This document shows positions 16,672 through 23,552 of a stretch of DNA of 28,950 nucleotides, piece after piece. Numbering within the stretch: position 1 is the first letter of the stretch; every line of letters starts with the position of its first letter. Source of the stretch: a virus (lineage: Duplodnaviria > Caudoviricetes); IMG/VR virus record IMGVR_UViG_3300043442_000670, positions 1 to 28,950 of that record; one strand, given 5' to 3'. A program made the position numbers and the translations under genes. A model generated the notes under the pieces. It was not told where the DNA came from. It made no database searches and was given only the letters and a program-made list of their open reading frames with translations.

Positions 16672-16920
16672 GGCGACCAGCTGGTGGGCTACCGGCGGAT
16701 GTGGCTGGCCCTGCTGAGCGACGCCGGGGTGAGCGACCTGCGGATCCACGACTTGCGGCACACGTTCGCCAGCTATGCGCTGAGCGGCGGGCAGACGCTC
16801 GGCACGGTGGGCCAGCTGCTGGGGCACAGGAGTGCGCAGACGACGACGCGCTACGCCCACCTGATCGACGACGCAGCGCGGCGCGCGGTGGCGCAGCTCA
16901 GCGACGATCTGGGTGTGTGA
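16672..16920 (+). pseudogene. C-terminal remnant of a tyrosine integrase
   Basis: LRIHDLRHTFAS, LLGH, TTTRYAHL catalytic motifs in only about 80 codons; N-terminal domains and first catalytic Arg absent. Confidence 0.85.
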
Positions 16921-16966
16921 AGAGATGTGACATTCACGCAGCGTGGCGCCTGCTGGCCCTTAATGT
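16916..16966 (+). promoter_or_regulatory. direct-repeat promoter (HLR1-like): TGTGAA-gaga-TGTGAC-N29-TAATGT
   Basis: Shared motif and spacing; followed by GGGCG-GCGA-CGCCC hairpin 16975-16988. Confidence 0.7.
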
Positions 16967-17008
16967 GTGGTCATGGGCGGCGACGCCCTGTACCCCGCAC
17001 CTGGACAA

Positions 17009-17203
17009 ATGAATACCCGCACCGCCATCGAGGCGCTTGGCCAGATGGCCACAGTGATCGGCTCCGCCGAATCAGTTGTGGCTGCCTTGCAGGCACTGCG
17101 TGACGGCACCACTGAAGATCAGTGGGATCAGCTCTGCGACAACGAGCTGATCGACGCCCTCATCTGTGCCTGCATGGATCTGGAAGACGAACTCGATGAC
17201 TGA
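17009..17203 (+). CDS. small acidic hypothetical protein (64 aa)
   Basis: Own predicted promoter and terminator; very acidic C-terminus. Confidence 0.7.
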   Translation: MNTRTAIEALGQMATVIGSAESVVAALQALRDGTTEDQWDQLCDNELIDALICACMDLEDELDD

Positions 17204-17208
17204 GCACC

Positions 17209-17233
17209 GGGGGCCTGCGGGCCCCCTTTTTTT
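17209..17233 (+). terminator. intrinsic terminator
   Basis: GGGGGCC-TGCG-GGCCCCC stem-loop followed by T7. Confidence 0.9.
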
Positions 17234-17248
17234 GTGCCTGATCGAGAT

Positions 17249-17300
17249 TGTTACGGATTGCGACATGCACGCGGCGTGACGCAGTGGCTTGGGGCATGAT
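17249..17300 (+). promoter_or_regulatory. direct-repeat promoter (HLR1-like): TGTTAC-ggat-TGCGAC-N30-CATGAT
   Basis: Shared motif and spacing; directly after a terminator. Confidence 0.7.
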
Positions 17301-17434
17301 GGATGCATCGGGCCGAGAGCCCAGAACCTGGACAACCGCATATTCGCGGGGCATCGACCCCGATCCCGGTGGTGGCCCTCACCCAGGCACCGCTGAGTCC
17401 CGCCTGGGGGCTCAACCACACACCGGAGATCGAC

Positions 17435-17614
17435 ATGGACGATGCAACCCGCGCCCTCCTCGCTGAGATCGAGGCGGACCGCCAGGAGACCGAACAGGTA
17501 CTCGCTGAGCTGGACGCCGCGATTGAGGCGTACGGACGCTCGATCGAGCGGGGCCTGGCACTGGCCGCTGAAATGCGGAACGTGGCTGCCCAGCTCGAAG
17601 AGTGGTTCTGCTGA
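17435..17614 (+). CDS. small acidic coiled-coil protein (59 aa)
   Basis: GGAG RBS before ATG 17435; helical, E/D-rich. Confidence 0.7.
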   Translation: MDDATRALLAEIEADRQETEQVLAELDAAIEAYGRSIERGLALAAEMRNVAAQLEEWFC

Positions 17615-17622
17615 GGGCACCG

Positions 17623-17643
17623 GCCCCGGGCAACCGGGGCCAT
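17623..17643 (+). repeat. GNRA-loop hairpin GCCCCGG-GCAA-CCGGGGC, copy 2
   Basis: 21-nt identity with 9499-9519; 8 nt after a stop codon. Confidence 0.75.
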
Positions 17644-17648
17644 CAGTT

Positions 17649-17700
17649 TGTGAAGGATTGCAACATGCCCACGGCGTTGCATCACTCGCGCCTCTACCTT
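17649..17700 (+). promoter_or_regulatory. direct-repeat promoter (HLR1-like): TGTGAA-ggat-TGCAAC-N30-TACCTT
   Basis: Shared motif and spacing; followed by leader hairpin 17708-17731. Confidence 0.7.
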
Positions 17701-17768
17701 GGCTCCATCGGCAGGCCGAGCGCGCCGCCGACAACCACCACATCGCCCGGCACTGGCCGGTTCCATTC

Positions 17769-18182
17769 ATGTCCATCAACACCATCGCTGGCACCGCTGG
17801 CCGCATCGCTGGCACCATCACCCGTGGCCTGATCTGGGCTCACCGCACGATCGACTGGGCCGAGGTGGCCGCCATCGTGCTCCACGGCCTCCAGGTGCTG
17901 ATCGTGCTCACCCTGTTGGGCGGCCGCGCCACGCGTCGCCTCTGGGATGCGCTGCTGCAGCTCAGCGAGCGCATGGGCCGCTGCTACAGCCGCCTGCTGC
18001 TGCCCGGCACAGCGTCCACCGCAGCACCCACCGCACCACCCACCGCACCACCCGCTGTGCATCCTCTGCAGGCCCTGGCCACTGAGCTGGAGCAGCTCAG
18101 CCGCTCTGATCTCCAGCGGCTCGCTGGCAGCCGCCGCCGGCTGGCCAAGGCGCAACTCATCAACATGGCGCTGGCCTGCTGA
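17769..18182 (+). CDS. membrane-anchored hypothetical protein (137 aa) with Pro/Thr linker and short C-terminal helical domain
   Basis: Hydrophobic segment VAAIVLHGLQVLIVLTLLG; TAAP-TAPP-TAPP 12-bp tandem repeats; LEQLSRSDLQRLAG..LAKAQLI. Confidence 0.7.
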   Translation: MSINTIAGTAGRIAGTITRGLIWAHRTIDWAEVAAIVLHGLQVLIVLTLLGGRATRRLWDALLQLSERMGRCYSRLLLPGTASTAAPTAPPTAPPAVHPLQALATELEQLSRSDLQRLAGSRRRLAKAQLINMALAC

Positions 18183-18253
18183 CCGCATCCGCTGACGCGC
18201 GGCCTGGTGCCCCTTCAGGGCCGCGTACCGTCAGCGTGTGGAACATGAGCACC

Positions 18254-18284
18254 GCCCCGGGAGGTCGCAGCCCCGGGGTTTTTT
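18254..18284 (+). terminator. intrinsic terminator at convergence of early and late blocks
   Basis: GCCCCGGG...CCCGGGGT stem followed by T6. Confidence 0.75.
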
Positions 18285-18574
18285 CATGGGCCGCAGAACA
18301 CATCCGGGCTACCGGCCGCCACGCTGGTGCAGCCGCTGATCGCATCACCCACCCGCCCAGCGCCGCGGCCGTTCACGAACACCGTGGTGGACCCCACGGC
18401 GATCGGTGCCGTGTGCGTCGGGCACGGCTCACCCGGCAGCAGGTGCGGCGTGTTCACGTCGCCCTGGCGGCTCCAGGGGATGCCGTTCACGAAGACGTTG
18501 GGCGAGCCCTCCGCCCGGACCATGCCCGAGCAGTGAGCCACATCCGCATCACCGACGCGCGTTGCTGCGGGCAC
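18284..18574 (-). CDS. PAAR-repeat spike tip protein (T4 gp5.4-like)
   Basis: MPAATRVGD..HC, GSPNVFVNG, H..H, GS.TVFVNGRGAGRVGD..C..VAAGSPDVF. Confidence 0.93.
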   Translation of the reverse strand: MPAATRVGDADVAHCSGMVRAEGSPNVFVNGIPWSRQGDVNTPHLLPGEPCPTHTAPIAVGSTTVFVNGRGAGRVGDAISGCTSVAAGSPDVFCGP

Positions 18575-18770
18575 GCTCCATCTCCATCAGTTCCTGCAGT
18601 CGATCATTCCACAGGGTCGCCTCGGCGTGCTGCTCCGGCGTGTGCGGCGGCGGCGGGATCGCCGGCTCAAACCGCACGACGTGATCGAACACCGCCGGCA
18701 GGTCCTCCCACCGGCGGTAGGAACGCAGCACGCCGCCGACGATCAGATCGAACCGGCCCTCGGTGTTCAT
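18549..18770 (-). CDS. conserved hypothetical protein upstream of PAAR (73 aa)
   Basis: Y..WEDLP..FDHVVRFEPAIPPPPHT.EQH.....WNDRLQELM; ATGA overlap with lysozyme stop. Confidence 0.75.
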   Translation of the reverse strand: MNTEGRFDLIVGGVLRSYRRWEDLPAVFDHVVRFEPAIPPPPHTPEQHAEATLWNDRLQELMEMERARSNARR

Positions 18771-19210
18771 GGCTTCGGCCACAGCTCGCGCGGATCCTTG
18801 CCGGTCGCCATCATGCGGCTCAAGCGCTCGGCGCGCTGGCCGACCTGCTTCGCCCAGAGCGAGTCGAGCATCATCGACGCGGCCTTGGTGTAGTCGCCGG
18901 CCCTGATGGTCGCCAGGGTGTTCTTGAAGCCCAGCAGCCCGACGATGCCGAGGTTAAAGCTCATGTCGAGCAGCACCCGCTGCCGCACCTCATCGAGCTG
19001 CGCCACCCAGGGGAGCGCGCGCAGCAGCTCGCGCTCCTCGTTGGCGATGTCGTTGGCCAGGAGGTAGGCCGACTCCTCGCGCGTGATGCCACGGTCTTCG
19101 AGGTTCCGGCCGACGCCGATGGTCAGCTTGCCAGCGGTGCAGCGGTAGGGTTTGAGCCGCTCGCCTTCGTGGAGGCGGAGCTGGCTCACCATTGCAGCGC
19201 GGTCGATCAT
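18767..19210 (-). CDS. glycoside hydrolase family 24 (T4-type) lysozyme
   Basis: LRLHEG.RLKPYRCTAGKLTIGVGRNL, VLLDMSFNLG..GLLGFKN, MLDS.WAKQVG.RA.RL. Confidence 0.92.
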   Translation of the reverse strand: MIDRAAMVSQLRLHEGERLKPYRCTAGKLTIGVGRNLEDRGITREESAYLLANDIANEERELLRALPWVAQLDEVRQRVLLDMSFNLGIVGLLGFKNTLATIRAGDYTKAASMMLDSLWAKQVGQRAERLSRMMATGKDPRELWPKP

Positions 19211-19362
19211 CAGCGCCGGCCGTAGGGGAAAGCACGGCGGCCCGCAGCGAGCAGCAGCTGCAGCAGGCTGTTCGAGCGCAGCTTGCTCATGCCGACAATC
19301 TCGCTGGCGACAAACAGGGCCAGGCCCAGGTATTCGGCGAAGTGTGCGTCCATGGTGTCCAT
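19210..19362 (-). CDS. small holin-like membrane protein (50 aa)
   Basis: LGLALFVASEIVGMSKLRSNSLLQLLL, basic C-terminus; TGATG coupling to lysozyme. Confidence 0.55.
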   Translation of the reverse strand: MDTMDAHFAEYLGLALFVASEIVGMSKLRSNSLLQLLLAAGRRAFPYGRR

Positions 19363-19379
19363 TGGAATATCCTTCCAGG

Positions 19380-19931
19380 CTAGGTGTAGTGAAGGTAGGT
19401 GCTGAGGATGTACTTGGGCCCTGAGACCGGCGGCCGGCCTGCGTGCAGCCAGGGCCACAGCGGCGGGAACACCATCACCGAGCCAGCGCGAGGCTGGATC
19501 TGCTGGCCCCAGAGCGGGAACTCAGTGGCGCCGCCCTCCTCGACATCGTTGAGATAGAGCAGCGCGGCGAGGAACCGGCGTGCGCTGGCGTGATCGCCGA
19601 CATCGACATGATCGGGGAACTCGTCGCCACCATCGGGCCAGTAGCGCTTCATGCGCAGCTCCTCGAAGGCCAGCTCAGCCGGCCACTGCACGGTGTTGAT
19701 CTGCAGGTCGCGGCTGTAGGCCTCAAACACCGGCAGGATCGCGCCGAACGCCAGCTCATGGCCCTCCGGCCAGCACTGCGTCAGGTTGAGCTCGGTGAAG
19801 CGCGGCGCGTTGCCCTCGCCCTGGCGGATCACCTGATCTGTGACGCGCTCCTCGAAGCCCTCGATCAGCTCCCGGCATTGCGCCGCCGGCAGTCGATCGG
19901 GATAGAGCATCACGAGATCAGCCAGGCGCAT
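19380..19931 (-). CDS. 2OG-Fe(II) oxygenase (prolyl-4-hydroxylase-like)
   Basis: MKRY, HVD, RFL..LLYLNDVEEGGATEF, FPP.W.W.H.G, KYILSTYLHY. Confidence 0.92.
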   Translation of the reverse strand: MRLADLVMLYPDRLPAAQCRELIEGFEERVTDQVIRQGEGNAPRFTELNLTQCWPEGHELAFGAILPVFEAYSRDLQINTVQWPAELAFEELRMKRYWPDGGDEFPDHVDVGDHASARRFLAALLYLNDVEEGGATEFPLWGQQIQPRAGSVMVFPPLWPWLHAGRPPVSGPKYILSTYLHYT

Positions 19932-19944
19932 GGGGTGAACCTTC

Positions 19945-20658
19945 TCAGGGTTCGGCCACTATGGCCCAGCCGGTTGCGGGCCCTTCGACCATCCACCGCG
20001 GGCCGAGGTTGCGGCGGCTGTAACGCAGACGAGCGCCCCAGTTGTTGAGGTAGCGACCGTTGACCAGATCGAGGTCGCCGAACGGGTCGTGGACGATGAT
20101 CGCGTCGTCGGTGTAGCCGATGGCGCAGATCCAGTGGCCGCCGCCCGTGGGGCTGCCGACGGGGCCCTTGTGCAGGATGCCGAGCGGCACCGGGATGCCC
20201 TTGTCGATCTGGCCCTCGATCGTCTTCCAGGTGGCGTTGCGCACGAAGTGTGCCTCGACGCCGTAGGACTGAAGCGCCTTGATCTGGCTCGTCGCCTCGG
20301 TGGTGTCGCCGTAGCGCAGCACGCGGCCGAGGTAGGCGTCGTCACCGTTGGGGCCGGTGAGCGTGCCGGGCTTGAGCGCTTCGAGCAGCATGGCGCAGGA
20401 GCTGCTGAAGCACATCCGCAGAGCGTGCTCAGTCGCGCTGTCGCGCTGGCTGAAGTAGCGGACCTGGATCGGGTTGCTCTTGCTGCGCGGCTCCTCTTGC
20501 TTGCCGGCTGCTCGCCAGGTCTGCACCCAAGCGCTGTCGGTCTTCTTGAGGCTGGCGGGCACCGCCTCCCACAACTGCTGAATGGCGGCTCGCTGATGCG
20601 GCAGATCCTTCCAATGCTGGAAGTAAGGGATCAGATCGCCGATCAGCTCCTGGCTCAT
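19945..20658 (-). CDS. C39-like cysteine peptidase (putative endolysin) with short N-terminal helical domain
   Basis: VRYFSQRD, CFSSSCAM, GGGHW, IIVHDPFG; N-terminal LPHQ.AAIQQL...W...WR. Confidence 0.85.
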   Translation of the reverse strand: MSQELIGDLIPYFQHWKDLPHQRAAIQQLWEAVPASLKKTDSAWVQTWRAAGKQEEPRSKSNPIQVRYFSQRDSATEHALRMCFSSSCAMLLEALKPGTLTGPNGDDAYLGRVLRYGDTTEATSQIKALQSYGVEAHFVRNATWKTIEGQIDKGIPVPLGILHKGPVGSPTGGGHWICAIGYTDDAIIVHDPFGDLDLVNGRYLNNWGARLRYSRRNLGPRWMVEGPATGWAIVAEP

Positions 20659-20921
20659 CGCGGGCGCGCCTCGACCGGCGGTTCTGGCCCAAAGTGTAGG
20701 CGCGGATTCATCGTTGTCACCGCCAAGGGCATCACCAGGCTCAGCGCGATAGCGAGGATGACGCCCTGGGCGACGCGCTTCTCGACTTCGCCGAGCCGTT
20801 TGAATGCGTCAGCGATGTCGGTGTGCTTCTGGGCGAGCGACTGGTGCATGGCGTCGAGCTTGCCCTCCATGACGCCGAGCTTGTGCAGGATGTCTCCGTG
20901 TGAGACTTCGGATTCAGCCAT
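20655..20921 (-). CDS. coiled-coil plus transmembrane protein, holin-like (88 aa)
   Basis: LG.MEGKLD coiled coil then GVILAIALSLVMPLAV; ATGA overlap with peptidase. Confidence 0.6.
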   Translation of the reverse strand: MAESEVSHGDILHKLGVMEGKLDAMHQSLAQKHTDIADAFKRLGEVEKRVAQGVILAIALSLVMPLAVTTMNPRLHFGPEPPVEARPR

Positions 20922-20960
20922 ACGAGACGCCCTGTCTTGCAAAGTCTACCGACGCCGCCA

Positions 20961-22355
20961 TCAGCGGGCAGAGCCAGCTTGCAGGTGCAGCAGTTTCATC
21001 GGTCCTTCGGGGGTGTTGATCTGCACGGCATAACCGCCGGCGCCTGTGTAGCCGAGGTTGCGTGCGTAGCTTGCGCCGTTGATCAGGGTGATAGATGAGC
21101 CGCTCGGTGTGCCGAAGTCAATGCCGTAGTGGAAGCTCCGGCCGAAGAGATTCCGCGGACCGTAACTGCTGGTGACGCCATAGGAACTCGGCGCACGGCC
21201 GTTGATGCGCAGGTAACGATCAGCATCGGCGGCGCTGATGCGACGCCCATCGGCCCAGCGCGCGTCGAGGTGCGGGCCGGTGCTGTCGCCGCTGCTGCCG
21301 GTGCGCGCGATCACGCCCTTCGTGCCGCCTGCACTGGTGCGGCCCTGGCCGTCGCGGCCGGTGCTCCAGTCGCTGCTCTCCTCGCCCTGCGTGCCGCACT
21401 CGACCGTCGTCACGTAGCCCGAGCTGCTGAGGTCGTGCGTGACGCTCTTCACGTTCCAGGTGCCGTCGACGTATTCCCGGAAGCCGGTGAGCGTCACCAG
21501 GCCCTCGGCGTTCACATCCGGCCGGCCGGGCATCTGCAGGCTGATGCGCACCTCGCCCGCGCGCAGCGACTGCAGGCGGCTGTCGGCGGCCTTCTGCGCT
21601 TCGGCCTGGGTCTTAAACAGCTGCTTCTCCTCGAACGCCGGCAGCGCGCCGCCAGATTCGCCAGCGGTGTAGAGCTTCTCCTTGTTGACCGATCGGTCGA
21701 GCCACTTCGCCTTCACCGCGCCATAGGCGCCGCGGTTCTTGAGCGTCGCGCGCCAGCTGGTGACGTCCTCCTGCTTGATGGTGACGCTGCCCGCGTTGTC
21801 TTTGTCGCCCCGAGGCACGACCACAAGCCGACCGTCGGAAGGCTTGATGGTCGCGCGGTACTTCTCAGCCAAGCGCGTGAGGAAGCCCTGGTCGCTCTCG
21901 TTGGTCTGGTCCTCGTGCTTGATCTGCGTGCTGGCCAGGTTGCCCTTGATGACCGTGGTGAGGTTGTTGCGCTGGGCGATCTCCTGCACGATCTGGCCGA
22001 GCGTGGTGTTGTGCCAGCTCTTCGTCTTCTGCTCCTTGACGAGCGTCGGCGCGGTGTTGCTCGCGGTCGCCTTGATGACCATCGAGCGCGGGCCCATGCT
22101 GAGCTCCACCTCGTCGACGGCGAAGGCGCCCATGTAGACGGGCGTGCGGCCGCCGGTGCTGTAGCCCAGCCAGACGCGGATCCAGGTGCCGCTGTTGGCG
22201 ACGGGGATGCGCTTGTCGCGGTCGTCGAGGGTGATCTCCAGGCTGTCGCTCTGCTGCCCCGCCTGGTCGGTGATGCGCAAGCTGACGAGCCGGTCGGCGA
22301 TCAGCCGGGTGATGTCGCCGCCGTTCGCCTCGATCCTGAAGCCTGGCGTGCTCAT
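20961..22355 (-). CDS. P2 gpD-like baseplate hub (late control D) with C-terminal circularly permuted M23 peptidase
   Basis: RLVSLRITD..GQQSD.LEITLDD, LGY, MG.F.VDEVE, QTNESD..FLTRLA; C-terminus has TG.SGDSTGPHLD before HYGIDF. Confidence 0.9.
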   Translation of the reverse strand: MSTPGFRIEANGGDITRLIADRLVSLRITDQAGQQSDSLEITLDDRDKRIPVANSGTWIRVWLGYSTGGRTPVYMGAFAVDEVELSMGPRSMVIKATASNTAPTLVKEQKTKSWHNTTLGQIVQEIAQRNNLTTVIKGNLASTQIKHEDQTNESDQGFLTRLAEKYRATIKPSDGRLVVVPRGDKDNAGSVTIKQEDVTSWRATLKNRGAYGAVKAKWLDRSVNKEKLYTAGESGGALPAFEEKQLFKTQAEAQKAADSRLQSLRAGEVRISLQMPGRPDVNAEGLVTLTGFREYVDGTWNVKSVTHDLSSSGYVTTVECGTQGEESSDWSTGRDGQGRTSAGGTKGVIARTGSSGDSTGPHLDARWADGRRISAADADRYLRINGRAPSSYGVTSSYGPRNLFGRSFHYGIDFGTPSGSSITLINGASYARNLGYTGAGGYAVQINTPEGPMKLLHLQAGSAR

Positions 22356-22597
22356 GCTGCTCCGGTGCCAGGCGTTGCAGTGACCGGCTGATCCCAGATG
22401 CGGACCGTTTTGCTGGTGCTCGGGGCCGGCAAATCAGGGAGCAGAATCGTCACGCCTTCGGGAAGGACGGGCATGAGCTCGGCGATGTTTAGGTTCGCCA
22501 GCATCACCGCTTCGACGGTCTGCTGCGTGCGGCCGTAGTAGCGCCAGCAGATCTCATCGAGCTCATCGAACTGGCGAGTGATGTAGAGCTGACTCAT
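22352..22597 (-). CDS. P2 gpX-like tail protein (LysM-like)
   Basis: D.LDEICWRYYG....VEAVM.AN....LPEG..I.LP...VRIWD. Confidence 0.9.
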   Translation of the reverse strand: MSQLYITRQFDELDEICWRYYGRTQQTVEAVMLANLNIAELMPVLPEGVTILLPDLPAPSTSKTVRIWDQPVTATPGTGAA

Positions 22598-22598
22598 C

Positions 22599-23552
22599 TC
22601 ATCCTCCGGTCAAAACGATCAATGGCCTCAGCGACTCTGTGACTGCAGGGTCTACCTTCAGGATCTCCGTGACTGTTGCGGTGCTCTCCAGCAGCGAATT
22701 GATGGATTGCAGATCTTCTGGTGCAACTATCCCGAGTTGCTGCAGCGCCGGGGCTCCGATTGATGATGCGACCTCCATCGCCAAAGCCATGCCGGTTGGG
22801 CCGTTGCCGTTTGCGTAGGACTCGGCCAGTCTGGCGGCGCTGATGCCGATCTGAGTCCACGCATCAGATTGGTCGACCGGGATTCCAAGCGCCCCGAAGG
22901 CGCCCAAGGCCGCGTTGACATACTGGCCAGAGCTGACCTGCTGCGCGATTCTGGCGCCAGTGGTAGCGATGGTTGCGAGCTGACCCAGGCTGAAGCCGCC
23001 TTGCTGCGCCTGAGTCGTCATCGCGCTGAACTGCGGGTCACTCGCCCAATCGAGTGCTTTGAACGCGGAGTCAGCTTCAGTAAAGCTGGGCAACTCCGAA
23101 CCGAGGCCGAACGCGGCGGTGCTGTTGAAGGCCAACGCAAGCGGGCTCGCGGCGTCGCCCGGATTGTCCTCGACGTAGCGAACCAGGCTGATGCTGAAGC
23201 CGATCTGCCGGGCGCCGCCGCCGGGCGCGAAGGTCGAGAGGCCCTCGCGGATCTGCTTGATCGCCCACTTGCCGTAGACGCGGCCGAGGCCGTCGGTGAG
23301 CATCTGCGGCTCGCCCCTGGTCGCAAGCTCGCGCAGCGTCTCCACCGTGCTCTGGCGGCCGGAGAAGCCCGGGAACAGCTGGCCGTCGAGGGTGATCTCC
23401 TGGCTGCCGGGGCCGAGGAACTGCACCGCCGGGTCGCGGAGCAGCCGGTCCTGGCCTTCCCAGCGATACTCGGCCGTGCGGTCGAGCGTCTGCGGGACGC
23501 CGTTCGGCAGGTCGAACTGGAAGCTGCCGAGTTGGAAGAGCGGCCTAGTCAT
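22599..23552 (-). CDS. P2 gpU-like tail tube initiator with long C-terminal extension
   Basis: LG.FQF, Y.W..QDR....A.QFLGPG.Q.ITLDG, L.DG.GRVYG.W.I, F.ISL..Y in first ~130 aa; 317 aa total. Confidence 0.85.
   Translation of the reverse strand: MTRPLFQLGSFQFDLPNGVPQTLDRTAEYRWEGQDRLLRDPAVQFLGPGSQEITLDGQLFPGFSGRQSTVETLRELATRGEPQMLTDGLGRVYGKWAIKQIREGLSTFAPGGGARQIGFSISLVRYVEDNPGDAASPLALAFNSTAAFGLGSELPSFTEADSAFKALDWASDPQFSAMTTQAQQGGFSLGQLATIATTGARIAQQVSSGQYVNAALGAFGALGIPVDQSDAWTQIGISAARLAESYANGNGPTGMALAMEVASSIGAPALQQLGIVAPEDLQSINSLLESTATVTEILKVDPAVTESLRPLIVLTGG

Noticed and set aside
16552-16920. Functional 122-aa mini-integrase as called in the ORF track
   Set aside because: First ~40 codons do not resemble integrase and read better on the opposite strand; first catalytic Arg region is missing
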